Shown piece by piece: positions 48,760-57,857 of a stretch of DNA of 64,000 nucleotides; position 1 is the first letter of the stretch; each line of letters opens with the position of its first letter. The stretch is from the NCBI GenBank assembly GCA_048939625.1, contig JBHLPH010000002.1, forward strand, positions 32,001-96,000. The letters are read 5' to 3'. A program made the position numbers and the translations under genes. Under the pieces are notes generated by a model, which made no database searches, had not been told where the DNA came from, and saw nothing but the letters and a program-made list of their open reading frames with translations. The stretch comes from Promethearchaeota archaeon (GTDB lineage: Archaea; Asgardarchaeota; Hermodarchaeia; Hermodarchaeales; Hermodarchaeaceae).

Positions 48760-50040
48760 TTAATCTTTTTCCTTTCGAACCCGTGGCAGTATTTCAACGG
48801 AAAACTTGCTTTCAACTTTCTGGCTTTTTCCACTAGGTCCCAGATAGTTACAGGTCATTTCTCCTTCATGGGTCCCAGCTTTGGTGGCAATTAAGTAGAG
48901 AGGGAATTGTACATGTTGTTGGGATGGGAGACTGATAATTTGCTTCTCAAGGGTTCCAGTTTTTAGTAAAAGGGTTGGTGGGAGAGTCACCTTGATGACA
49001 ACATCTGATGCATCTCCATGACTATTATTTTCAACTCGGAGAATTAGTTCGAATTCTTCTTGAGAGTGTGGGGGCGTGACAGAATCAATGACGAGGTTGA
49101 TTTTCGGTGTAGCCGCGGTAATTTCTAGCGGAACAGGATTTGATTTGAATTGAAAATGCTGGCCGTCAATTTGAAGAAGAAGCACCATAGGGCCCACCTC
49201 AAAAGTTCCGGGCAATCGGGGATCCAAGATGAAGCGTATTTTTAACTTCTTTTTGGGGTCATGAGGAAAGGCGATTTCTTCTAGAAGGGCGATATTTGAG
49301 GGAAGGGATAGTTGGATATCAAGGACCTGCGTTGGAACCGGAAATGAGATCGTTCCGTATCCCGAGATCTGTTCCTTGATTTTTACTTCGTTCTTGTCTA
49401 ATTTCAGTGTTAGGGAAGAGGATTGTGTATTTTGAAAGAGGGCAAGAAGTGTCGTAATTAGCTGATTAATGGTTTCTGACTCATTTATTCGAGAAGGAAG
49501 TTCCAGATCGGCGGGAACAACTCCACCTTCTATGAATCGGTTTACAAGGATAGAGGCAATCAAGTAAGTGTGTGTTTTGACTTTCTTTCGCCCAAAGCGT
49601 TTCTCGATTTTTTCAGCTTCTCGGTAGGTTTGTTTTGTTCTTGCCAAGTCATTTCCGGCCAGAAAAAAAATAGATTGTAAAGAATAAGTGCGAACCAATA
49701 ACTCATCATCTTTATTCCGTGTGCCAATACGTATGACTTGTTCTAATGCGGCTGATGCGGAAGAGAAATCGTGGCTTGCTATTGCAACATCTGCAGCATC
49801 GAAGAGGATGGCTGTTTCCCGTTTATCGTCTCGAATGGCCAGATAAAATTGGGAGGCTTGTAAAAATGCATCATAAGCTCGTTGATGGTCAGGAATCTTT
49901 GCGTATTCACGACCAGCCGCCGCCCAAGAATCCGCGGCTTTGACTTCATTACCTTCCGCTTGGTGTTCTCGGGCTCGCTTCTCATGTTTGGCAGCGGATT
50001 TTGCTGGGTCACCGGAGAGAATTCCTTTAAGAAAAGACAT
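48760..50040 (-). CDS. SNAP/TPR-like alpha-solenoid + two Ig-like domains
   Basis: Helical repeats (KAADSWAAAGREY, RAYDAFLQASQFY), followed by beta-sandwiches (LILRVENN..GDASDV.I...LP; P...G.F.VGP). Confidence 0.65.
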   Translation of the reverse strand: MSFLKGILSGDPAKSAAKHEKRAREHQAEGNEVKAADSWAAAGREYAKIPDHQRAYDAFLQASQFYLAIRDDKRETAILFDAADVAIASHDFSSASAALEQVIRIGTRNKDDELLVRTYSLQSIFFLAGNDLARTKQTYREAEKIEKRFGRKKVKTHTYLIASILVNRFIEGGVVPADLELPSRINESETINQLITTLLALFQNTQSSSLTLKLDKNEVKIKEQISGYGTISFPVPTQVLDIQLSLPSNIALLEEIAFPHDPKKKLKIRFILDPRLPGTFEVGPMVLLLQIDGQHFQFKSNPVPLEITAATPKINLVIDSVTPPHSQEEFELILRVENNSHGDASDVVIKVTLPPTLLLKTGTLEKQIISLPSQQHVQFPLYLIATKAGTHEGEMTCNYLGPSGKSQKVESKFSVEILPRVRKEKD

Positions 50041-50101
50041 AATGAGGCACGCTTCCTGTGAACCTGCTAAAATCTATTTCGGGTATTAAAGAAAATGCGG
50101 G

Positions 50102-51475
50102 TTACGCAGGGAATTTCATTGTCACGCCAGGTGTGGGGATTTGTACGGGGATATTGGTGGCTTTGATGAAATTTTTGAAGAGTGCGGGGGCTTCTGTATG
50201 AATTGGTATGACTCGTTTTGGTTGAATTTCTTCCAGGGTTTGTGACAGTTGGAGTGGATGGATGTGGCCTGAACAGTGGGCGGAATACATTGCAAGCCCA
50301 GATAACGCAAGCCAATTGAGTAGTTTTTCAAAGCTAATCTCGCTTTCTTCATTGAACGGCTCTGAAGCGCTCAGCAAGTACACTCCGGATTCAGGGGGTT
50401 TGATTTGCTGAATGGTGCTAATACTGGCAAAACTGCTGCAGAAGATGTATTTGGTTGGGTATTTGTGAAGCTCTTTAGTTGTAACACTTCGATCAGAGAG
50501 CTCTTTAATAGTAGGATCTGCTTCTTTCATTAGTCTTTCATATTTGGAGATACGCTTTTTCTCTCCATCAAACCATCGGATTTCAGTGTCTGTTGCAATG
50601 TTTGGCATGTGGAGGTCACGACATTTATTGATGGCATGAAGAATCCACATTCTTCGAGGGTCAAGCACTAATTGACGATTATTAGCCTTTGCTGCTGTTT
50701 GCATGGTTCGGAAGCGGTCAAAATCTGGTTCAGAAAAATCAGCGATTGCGAGGCTTTTACATCCTTGAATAATCGTAGTAGCTTTTTCGAGTACTTCGTT
50801 TTCAGTGGCTAATTCTGCTTTTGCGATATTAGTTCCTTCACTGAGCACAACGTCTGGTGAACCACCTTTCTGTATCTCATGAACGAAATCTGCGGTGAGA
50901 TGAGGTACAGTTCCATGACGGCGAAAATCGCCTGTATACACGATACTAAGTTCAGAACAGTGAACAATGAAGCCATAAGCTGCGGGGATACTATGATCAA
51001 CATGAACCGGTCGGATGTCTACTCCACCGATTTTCACAGTGTCTCCTGTTCGGAAGGTTTTGATTGTTTGCCCTTCAATATCACAGTCAAAGGTCTTCCG
51101 TGAGCCTTCAAGGCGTGCTTCAAAGATAGTTCTGGTACATTCACCCATATGGATCGGAATGCTTCGGTTCAGTAATGGGAGATAGCCACAGTGATCTGTG
51201 TGGGCATGGGATAATACTACTGCATCAATATCAGAAGTAGGCTGGGTTTTTTTCGATGGTTGATGATAGAGGTTGGGTATGTCAGGTGTAGCGCCAACTT
51301 TGATTAATTCATCAAGGGACCGCGGGGCGATAGGAAAATCATAAAATTCACGCATCGTATCAAAGGATTTCCCGAAGTCGAGAAAGAACTTTACATCATG
51401 ACCTTGATCTTCGATGAGTATTTTATTGGCGCCGATTTCGCCCGCGCCTCCATAGATGGTTATCAATACACTCAT
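50102..51475 (-). CDS. RNase J-like beta-CASP metallo-hydrolase
   Basis: GG.GEIGAN, SHAHTDH, VDHSIP, YTGDFR, SEGT, HCSGH and IPIHTE motifs. Confidence 0.88.
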   Translation of the reverse strand: MSVLITIYGGAGEIGANKILIEDQGHDVKFFLDFGKSFDTMREFYDFPIAPRSLDELIKVGATPDIPNLYHQPSKKTQPTSDIDAVVLSHAHTDHCGYLPLLNRSIPIHMGECTRTIFEARLEGSRKTFDCDIEGQTIKTFRTGDTVKIGGVDIRPVHVDHSIPAAYGFIVHCSELSIVYTGDFRRHGTVPHLTADFVHEIQKGGSPDVVLSEGTNIAKAELATENEVLEKATTIIQGCKSLAIADFSEPDFDRFRTMQTAAKANNRQLVLDPRRMWILHAINKCRDLHMPNIATDTEIRWFDGEKKRISKYERLMKEADPTIKELSDRSVTTKELHKYPTKYIFCSSFASISTIQQIKPPESGVYLLSASEPFNEESEISFEKLLNWLALSGLAMYSAHCSGHIHPLQLSQTLEEIQPKRVIPIHTEAPALFKNFIKATNIPVQIPTPGVTMKFPA

Positions 51476-51957
51476 GGCTTTTTTCCACCGGACTGATCTT
51501 TTTTACGATTTAATCGACGAATTTTGGGTACATAGCTGCGGAGGATGCCGTGGGAGAGACTTCCGCAGCCTAGGATAGTGTCGTTGTGGGTGACAATTAC
51601 ATATCCTCTTCGGTCGTCTTCATAATTAACCGATTCCCCTCTGAGCCAAGTTTCTGCCTGCAATCTAGTTAATTGGACGATTTGCTTTGTAGCATGAGTA
51701 CCAAGTAGTTGAGCACCATCCATGGAGAGCCGAAATGCTGTGGGCGAGTATTCACCGATGTATAGTCCGGTTGTGCCAGTGTATGGTAATTCCGAAAGGA
51801 GTGCAAATGCTGCATCACTAATAAGGCGAATCCGTTTGCGTCCTGACTTGAGAAACCTAAATCCAGCAAGTTTTGGAATGCCAAATTGGCTATAGAGTAG
51901 TTGCCAGATGTGGGTTTCCCGCGCAGAATCAATGGTCAGTGTTTGGCCGTGAGACAT
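51472..51957 (-). CDS. NOL1/NOP2/Fmu-associated PUA-like protein
   Basis: GLYIG, RLSMDG, A..WLRGE, GYVIV....ILGCG and YVPK.RR motifs; coupled to the m5C methyltransferase. Confidence 0.8.
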   Translation of the reverse strand: MSHGQTLTIDSARETHIWQLLYSQFGIPKLAGFRFLKSGRKRIRLISDAAFALLSELPYTGTTGLYIGEYSPTAFRLSMDGAQLLGTHATKQIVQLTRLQAETWLRGESVNYEDDRRGYVIVTHNDTILGCGSLSHGILRSYVPKIRRLNRKKDQSGGKKP

Positions 51958-52898
51958 TAGGCGTCCTTCCTGATCAAGGCTATGAAGAAGCCGTCTGTAT
52001 CATTATCCTGTGGATAAATTCGAAGACAGTCTTTGAGAGTTTCATGGTAGTGCGTTTTATTCCAGTAGGTGATTCCGGGATGGTAACGAAGGTTTGCGGG
52101 TTGTGGGGATTCAATGGAAGCCAAAGGAAAAGCACCAAGGAGGTGGTCGACCACCGCTTCATTTTCTTCCGGATGCAGACTGCAGGTTGAATAGACTAAC
52201 AGACCTCCCGGTTTGAGTAAGCGGAATGCTGCTGTTAGAAGTCCTTTTTGGATAGTCTGGATGCCGAGAATACGTTGAAGATTAGTAACCTCATATTGAG
52301 GTGATTTACTGCGAAGATGTCCAGACGCGGTGCATGGGGCATCAACAAGGACGCGATCGAATTGAAGAGGGATTCGTGTGGATAGGTGTCGACCATCTTG
52401 GCAAAGTGTGATAGTATTGATGACGCCACACACCTGTATATTGTGACCTAGGCTGGTAAGCCGTCGGAAAGATCTGTCGTTCGCAATTAGTGCGCCTTCG
52501 TTTTTCATCATCTGAGCGATCTGAGTGGTTTTCGATCCGGGAGCGGCACATAAATCAAGAACAACATGGTGTGATTGTGGGTCTAAAATTACGGGAGGAA
52601 CCATACTTCCTCCTTCTTGAATATAGAATAGCCCTAGCGAATATTCTTGGGTAAAGGGGAGTCGCTCATAGTCCCCAGTGATGCGGAATCCATCTGAATA
52701 CCAGGGAAGTGGAACGGGATTAACATTGAGGGCTTCTAATCGAGCGAGACCTGCTGTGAGGTCGGTTTTGATTGTGTTGATGCGGATGAAGTGAGTGGGA
52801 GGTTGGGAAATTGAAGCGAGGAAGCTTAGGTATTCATCTCCAAGAAGGATTTGGAATCGTTCTTCGAAAGCCGATGGGAGAGATTTAGATTTGTTCAT
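51957..52898 (-). CDS. RsmB/NOP2 family RNA m5C methyltransferase
   Basis: DLCAAPGSKT, DAPCT, YSTCS..PEENE and DGFF motifs. Confidence 0.95.
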   Translation of the reverse strand: MNKSKSLPSAFEERFQILLGDEYLSFLASISQPPTHFIRINTIKTDLTAGLARLEALNVNPVPLPWYSDGFRITGDYERLPFTQEYSLGLFYIQEGGSMVPPVILDPQSHHVVLDLCAAPGSKTTQIAQMMKNEGALIANDRSFRRLTSLGHNIQVCGVINTITLCQDGRHLSTRIPLQFDRVLVDAPCTASGHLRSKSPQYEVTNLQRILGIQTIQKGLLTAAFRLLKPGGLLVYSTCSLHPEENEAVVDHLLGAFPLASIESPQPANLRYHPGITYWNKTHYHETLKDCLRIYPQDNDTDGFFIALIRKDA

Positions 52899-52926
52899 AT
52901 CTTATAGTGCTTCCTTGAACCCCACA

Positions 52927-54066
52927 TCATGGCGGGGAAGAACTAAGCCGATTCCGATGAATTGACCAGGTGGATATAACGCGATTGCCATCAACAACGT
53001 AATAATGAGCAAAAAGGTTAGCTGTCAGGCATGAATGGTTTGGAATTATACGAAGATGATCACCGGGCGAGAGCGCCTTATGTTGTGTTTTGTCAGCAAA
53101 CGTGATTTTCCCATGTTCCTGAGATAAGCTCGTTATTATTGCCTGATGTGTGGTGTTATTTTCATCCGGATTAAGAACCACTCCATATCCTTGGTTTGAT
53201 GGAATATGTGCTGCTCCGGTATCCTTGGATAAGGCAGTGGCACCGGCGTCGACCACCACATGCGTATCTTGGACACCAACTACGCTGGTAAGCACTGATA
53301 GAGCACAATCGGTGAACCGGCACACGCCAAGTGCGACTTGAGTATTATCAAAAAAGACATAGTTGCCAGGTCGAATTTCGGTTATTCCATCTTTAAATCG
53401 AGTTGCCAGCTTGGCGGTGGGTGTTGAACCTATCGAAACAACCTCAGAAGCTAGTCCATGAGATTGCAAGCTGTCAGAGAAGTGGAGCATTATATCTTGT
53501 TCATGATTAGCAATTGCCTGGATTTCCTGTGGGGATTGAGCAGTGTATGCATGACCCGCATGAGTGAGGATTCCTCCAAAGGTCAGGTTAGACGCCGCAT
53601 CAATTTGCTTTGCAAGAGAAATCGCACGGGAGTCTTGAGGGTCAATCCCACATCGATGATATCCACAATCCACCTTAACTAAGACGGTGAGCTGGAGATC
53701 TGCCGCAATGGAATAGGCTTCCAAGAGGGGAATCATTGCGGAATGATCAGTGACGATATTGAGTTGAGCTTGTTGAGCAAGTTCACCTAGACGAGGAAAT
53801 TTATCAGGAATAATAGGATATGCAAGTGTCACATCCATAAACCCATGATCAATGAACGTACCAGCTTCCCCCAAAGTCGAGACAGTGATGCCGTTTGCGC
53901 CGTATTCACGTTGGAGATTCGCGATTTCCATACATTTGTGTGTTTTAATGTGAGGGCGAAGACAAACCTTGTTTTGATGAGCCTTATCTGCCATGTTCTT
54001 TATGTTTCGGAGAAGTCTACTTTTCTCAATGAGCAAAGCAGGAGTGATTAGGTCATCAATTTTCAT
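52927..54066 (-). CDS. DSD1/D-threonine aldolase-like fold-type III PLP enzyme
   Basis: TPAL, RPHIKTHK, GSTPT, EIRPGNYVF.D, QEHG and PNHSC motifs; start taken at MKIDD. Confidence 0.9.
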   Translation of the reverse strand: MKIDDLITPALLIEKSRLLRNIKNMADKAHQNKVCLRPHIKTHKCMEIANLQREYGANGITVSTLGEAGTFIDHGFMDVTLAYPIIPDKFPRLGELAQQAQLNIVTDHSAMIPLLEAYSIAADLQLTVLVKVDCGYHRCGIDPQDSRAISLAKQIDAASNLTFGGILTHAGHAYTAQSPQEIQAIANHEQDIMLHFSDSLQSHGLASEVVSIGSTPTAKLATRFKDGITEIRPGNYVFFDNTQVALGVCRFTDCALSVLTSVVGVQDTHVVVDAGATALSKDTGAAHIPSNQGYGVVLNPDENNTTHQAIITSLSQEHGKITFADKTQHKALSPGDHLRIIPNHSCLTANLFAHYYVVDGNRVISTWSIHRNRLSSSPP

Positions 54067-54114
54067 CAACATCAACTCGTAAATGAACGGATCAACTGCT
54101 GAGAATGTGAAAGG

Positions 54115-54200
54115 TGTGGCTCCGCCTTGACTGAACCCACTTTCCTCGCAGCTCCTAACGGAGGCCTCGGTGGGTTTAAGATAGCCGTGTCGACGGAGCC
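54115..54200 (-). ncRNA. Candidate H/ACA box guide sRNA (predicted LSU rRNA helix 69 target)
   Basis: 9-bp basal stem GGCUCCGUC/GGCGGAGCC followed directly by ACA; internal pocket GGCUAUCUUA(A)/CAGUCA; upper stem AACCCAC/GUGGGUU; K-turn-like CCGAG/CUGCGAGG. Confidence 0.65.
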
Positions 54201-54302
54201 AACTATGCTTTCTGTTCAGCACCTGAAAAAAGCTCCCGTAGAGCGACAAGTGCAACCTTTTTTAACCGCAACAAGCAAAACCCCGTAGTCGAGGGACGCT
54301 TT

Positions 54303-55250
54303 ATGGTGAGCCTAAAATCGTATGAAAAGGTCCGGAAAGCTCTTGAAAAAATCGGGTTACCCGGACAAGATGCCTATGATTTACCAACCAGCGACCACCG
54401 GTTTCCAGATGGAGCCGGCTATCGGATTGAAATCTCGGGCGTTGAACGCCCGGAAGTCTTAGAAGCACTAATTGATGAATCGGATAAACGCGATGTGCCA
54501 GTTCATCGCCTCATTAGTGTCGTCATGGGAGCAACGCTTCTTGACGATAAAGAACTGAAGAAATTTGCCCAACTAGCCCATGATGCACAAATGGAAGTGA
54601 TCCTTACCCCTGGCCCACGAACCAGCTGGGATGTGGGTCGACAACTTGTTACATCTGAAGGTGTCCTGTCAGGAATGCGCTTTCGCGGCGCTGATAAGCT
54701 AGTAGAAGTTATTAGCGATATCAAAAGGGGCATTGAACTAGGCTTCCGAGGTTTCTTAGTCATCGATGAGGGACTACTCTGGGCTTTGAACAAGCTCAAA
54801 GAAATCGGTGAAATCCCGAAGGATATTACCTTCAAGGTAAGCATCTTTGCTGGCCACGCTTCCCCAGCGGGTGGTAAACTGCTAGAAGAATTAGGCGCAG
54901 GTAGCTTCAATCCAGTTGCCGATATGACCGTGCCCCAACTAGCAGCTATTCGCCAAGCAACAAAGCTGCCAATTGACATTCACATCATGCTCATGCCCAG
55001 CTTTGGTGGATTCAATCGATTCTATGAAGCAGCCGAAATTACACGATGCGTCCAACCAGTGTACTACAAATTTGAACCCGGACCGAGTATGGCCTTGTAC
55101 ACACCTTGGTCCTCGATTGACGGCCTAAGTTTCCTTGCCCGTGAAAAAGTCAAATGGGCTGAAATTGTACGAAACTTGATCCAAGATAATTATCCAGAAG
55201 CGAAATTATCAAAACTCGGAGTCAAGGACTTAGCGATCCCTCAACCCTAA
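54303..55250 (+). CDS. Conserved TIM-barrel protein (U32-like)
   Basis: FPDGA.YRIEI.GVE and G.RGFLV.DEGLL motifs; co-oriented with the downstream aldolase fusion. Confidence 0.5.
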   Translation: MVSLKSYEKVRKALEKIGLPGQDAYDLPTSDHRFPDGAGYRIEISGVERPEVLEALIDESDKRDVPVHRLISVVMGATLLDDKELKKFAQLAHDAQMEVILTPGPRTSWDVGRQLVTSEGVLSGMRFRGADKLVEVISDIKRGIELGFRGFLVIDEGLLWALNKLKEIGEIPKDITFKVSIFAGHASPAGGKLLEELGAGSFNPVADMTVPQLAAIRQATKLPIDIHIMLMPSFGGFNRFYEAAEITRCVQPVYYKFEPGPSMALYTPWSSIDGLSFLAREKVKWAEIVRNLIQDNYPEAKLSKLGVKDLAIPQP

Positions 55251-55268
55251 AGCGAGGAGCGTTAACAT

Positions 55269-56753
55269 ATGGGATTTAAACCTAGCGGCGTGAATCCAGC
55301 ACTGGTTACGCCGTTTACCAAAGATGGATCGAAAGTTGATGTCACGGCCTTCCGTCAGCTAATTCGCCATTGCATCGATAATTTGGGGGTCACCGGTCTT
55401 GTTCCAGCAGGCACAACTGGAGAATTCACAAGTCTGACATTGACCGAGCACAAGCAAGTAGTAAAGCTTGCAGTTGAAGAAGCAGCAGGTAAGGTGCCAG
55501 TAATTGCAGGAGCCGGAGCGAGTAACACCAAAACAACCATCGAGCTAGTCAAGGCAGCAGAAAAGGCGGGAGCAGATGCGTGTCTGGTGGTCACACCGTA
55601 TTATATGCGTCCAACACTTCGTGGGCTCTATGAGCATTACCGTCAAGTGAGTGAAGTCGGTCTTCCAATTGTTCTGTATAATATCCCTCAATGTACCGGT
55701 CTTGATATGCCGTGGCAAATTGTTGAAGACCTTGCAGATCTTGAAAACATCGTCGGCATCAAAGATTCTAGTGGACAACTAAAGCTCATCCTAGCGGTCT
55801 TGGAGAAAGTTGGTTCGAAAATCAATGTGCTGGTGGGGCATGATGAAGTCGTATTCCCTGCTCTTGCATCGGGTTGTTCGGGGGCTATTCTTGCGAGTGC
55901 CCAATTGATTGGGGATATTTGGTTAGATATGCTCAAGAAGGTACAAGCGAAGAAATTCGATGAAGCCGTTGCACTCCAGTTGAAGGTCCAAAAACTCACG
56001 CGATTGATTGTGGGCTCAGGAGCTGCAGGAACAAAGGCTGGTCTCAAAATGATGGGTGTTCCAGTCGGTAAACCTCGACTACCCTTAACCTTTGGCGGAG
56101 TTCTTACGTATGAGAATCGGGAAGAAATTCGAATCGAACTAGAAAAACTCGGTAAAATCAAGCCCAAAGATGTGATAATTGAAGTCGAACCCAAAGAACC
56201 TCTTAAAGCACGATTTGGGGCATTTGGTTTCTCACCCGACCAGGTTAAAGATTTCTCATTGAAGATTGGTGAAGGGCTCTCTGGGGGTGGAGCTGAAGTC
56301 GCACACATCGACTTGATGATTGGACGTAAGGACGGTCCTGTTGGTTTTGCCTTTGCGCAAGCTAAGGCGGCACCCAAAGAGCGCATGGAACCTCTTCTCG
56401 CCATTCTGGAACCCAACCTCATGGTGAAGCCTGAAACACTGCTCGTTCCAACTGTTGCCAACCGTAGTATGCATCAAGCCAGCCTCTTTGGAGGTCCCGC
56501 ACAAACAGGGTGTGCCAAAGCCGTCATGGATTCCGTTGAAGAAGGTTTTATCCCCAAGTCAGCAGTCGACAAATTAGTAATAATTGCCACAGTCTTTGTC
56601 CATCCCACAGCAGTCGACCGGAAGCGCATCCAAATTAACAACTATAAAGCAATGCGACACGCCATCCGACGAGCCATTGAAGGCCGCCCAAGCATCGAAG
56701 AATTACTCCGCGACAAAGAATTTGCGAAACATCCGTTTCGCTGGGGACCCTGA
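55269..56753 (+). CDS. DapA/NAL-family aldolase fused to formaldehyde-activating enzyme (Fae)
   Basis: N-terminal ALVTPF, GTTGE, PYY, LYNIP and IKDSSG; C-terminal IGEGL....EVAHIDLMIG..GPVG, LLAIL.PN, GPAQ...AKAV.D.V.EG.IP and NY.A...AI.RA. Confidence 0.92.
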   Translation: MGFKPSGVNPALVTPFTKDGSKVDVTAFRQLIRHCIDNLGVTGLVPAGTTGEFTSLTLTEHKQVVKLAVEEAAGKVPVIAGAGASNTKTTIELVKAAEKAGADACLVVTPYYMRPTLRGLYEHYRQVSEVGLPIVLYNIPQCTGLDMPWQIVEDLADLENIVGIKDSSGQLKLILAVLEKVGSKINVLVGHDEVVFPALASGCSGAILASAQLIGDIWLDMLKKVQAKKFDEAVALQLKVQKLTRLIVGSGAAGTKAGLKMMGVPVGKPRLPLTFGGVLTYENREEIRIELEKLGKIKPKDVIIEVEPKEPLKARFGAFGFSPDQVKDFSLKIGEGLSGGGAEVAHIDLMIGRKDGPVGFAFAQAKAAPKERMEPLLAILEPNLMVKPETLLVPTVANRSMHQASLFGGPAQTGCAKAVMDSVEEGFIPKSAVDKLVIIATVFVHPTAVDRKRIQINNYKAMRHAIRRAIEGRPSIEELLRDKEFAKHPFRWGP

Positions 56754-56761
56754 GTCTCCTG

Positions 56762-57745
56762 TTAGAGGATAGATTTGATATTTCCAAGGAATAGGGCAAG
56801 AAAGAGTGCAGCTGAAAGTATGTCAGCAGTGGTTCCTGGATTCAGTTGAGAACCTTGTGAACGGAGGTACTCGTCGAAAGGTTCAGTTTGTGTCGCCCAG
56901 CTCGTTTCTTGCATTTTCATAATTCGTGTATACACTTTCTGGGCACGTTGCATGACATCTTGTGCAACCTCGGCGCCATTTTTCCGTTGGATAAAGGAAT
57001 CGGGGCGATTACTTAGAGCCCAAAGATAGGAGGCAAGGACAGCGTCTTCTGTGCGTGGATGCTGGTTCAGCGCCTTGGTCACTTGAGGGTAGAGCGTATC
57101 AAAGGTGTAAGCGAAGTTCGTGGTATATTCATGGGCAACGGAATCATAACTTGCTGCTAAAGCTTGTAAGTCACAGAGTGTATATTTTTCGCGACGAATC
57201 AACTGAATGGTATGAGGTGATTGGAAATCAAAAGCCTGAGATTGTGGTTTCCATTTGGCTGTTTTAGGAATGGCGCCACCGGGACTAGCTGCCTGTAGGG
57301 CGTGAATAAGTTCAATGGCATCTTCAACAGTAGTATTTGTTAGAATCCGTTTGAGGCTTTGCTGCAATGTTGTTTTTGTGGATCGAGGTCGTGTGATTTC
57401 ATGTCCAGCAGCGGCAGCGAGTGGAACAAGGAGTAGAATTGTGCCAAGTAATGTGTTCTTTCCATGGGGCTCCATTGAGGTTTGGACTGCGAATCTGATG
57501 AGTTTCCCAAGGCGCGAAGGTGTATAATCTGTCGTGCTAAACTCATAGCCCCACTCCGCACTTTGATGAAGGGGATATCCCAAGCTGTTGATGCTGGCAA
57601 CAAAATGGATAAACCGAGTATCAGGGTGGTCCTTGTACCTATGCACATTGCCGGGTTTGGGAGTGAGAATGTCTAAGAACATGGCAAATTGTGCCTTCTC
57701 AGAAATGTCACACAGTTGCTCCTCAACCTTAACTCCCGGAACCAT
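56762..57745 (-). CDS. citG: Triphosphoribosyl-dephospho-CoA synthase family protein (CitG-like)
   Basis: PKPGNVHR, NT.LG.ILLL.PL, PDSFI.RK.G and NPGTTAD motifs. Confidence 0.88.
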   Translation of the reverse strand: MVPGVKVEEQLCDISEKAQFAMFLDILTPKPGNVHRYKDHPDTRFIHFVASINSLGYPLHQSAEWGYEFSTTDYTPSRLGKLIRFAVQTSMEPHGKNTLLGTILLLVPLAAAAGHEITRPRSTKTTLQQSLKRILTNTTVEDAIELIHALQAASPGGAIPKTAKWKPQSQAFDFQSPHTIQLIRREKYTLCDLQALAASYDSVAHEYTTNFAYTFDTLYPQVTKALNQHPRTEDAVLASYLWALSNRPDSFIQRKNGAEVAQDVMQRAQKVYTRIMKMQETSWATQTEPFDEYLRSQGSQLNPGTTADILSAALFLALFLGNIKSIL

Positions 57746-57857
57746 TTGGGGATATCACCTGTTATGAGAAAAGGGGGATTTGAGTGGTATAAGATGTTTG
57801 GTTGAATCCTTGGAACACCCTCAAGGTTTTTCTCCGGCAACAGAATAATGTCGCTTT

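Noticed and set aside
54130-54175. RNase P (GAGGAAAGU) or SRP RNA resemblance
   Set aside because: Region too short and other conserved elements are absent; the H/ACA model fits better.
54067-54255. Long N-terminal extensions in the ORF track (also 4177, 19223, 20866, 43129, 60856)
   Set aside because: Family similarity begins at downstream starts; the extensions overlap promoters, RNAs or adjacent genes.
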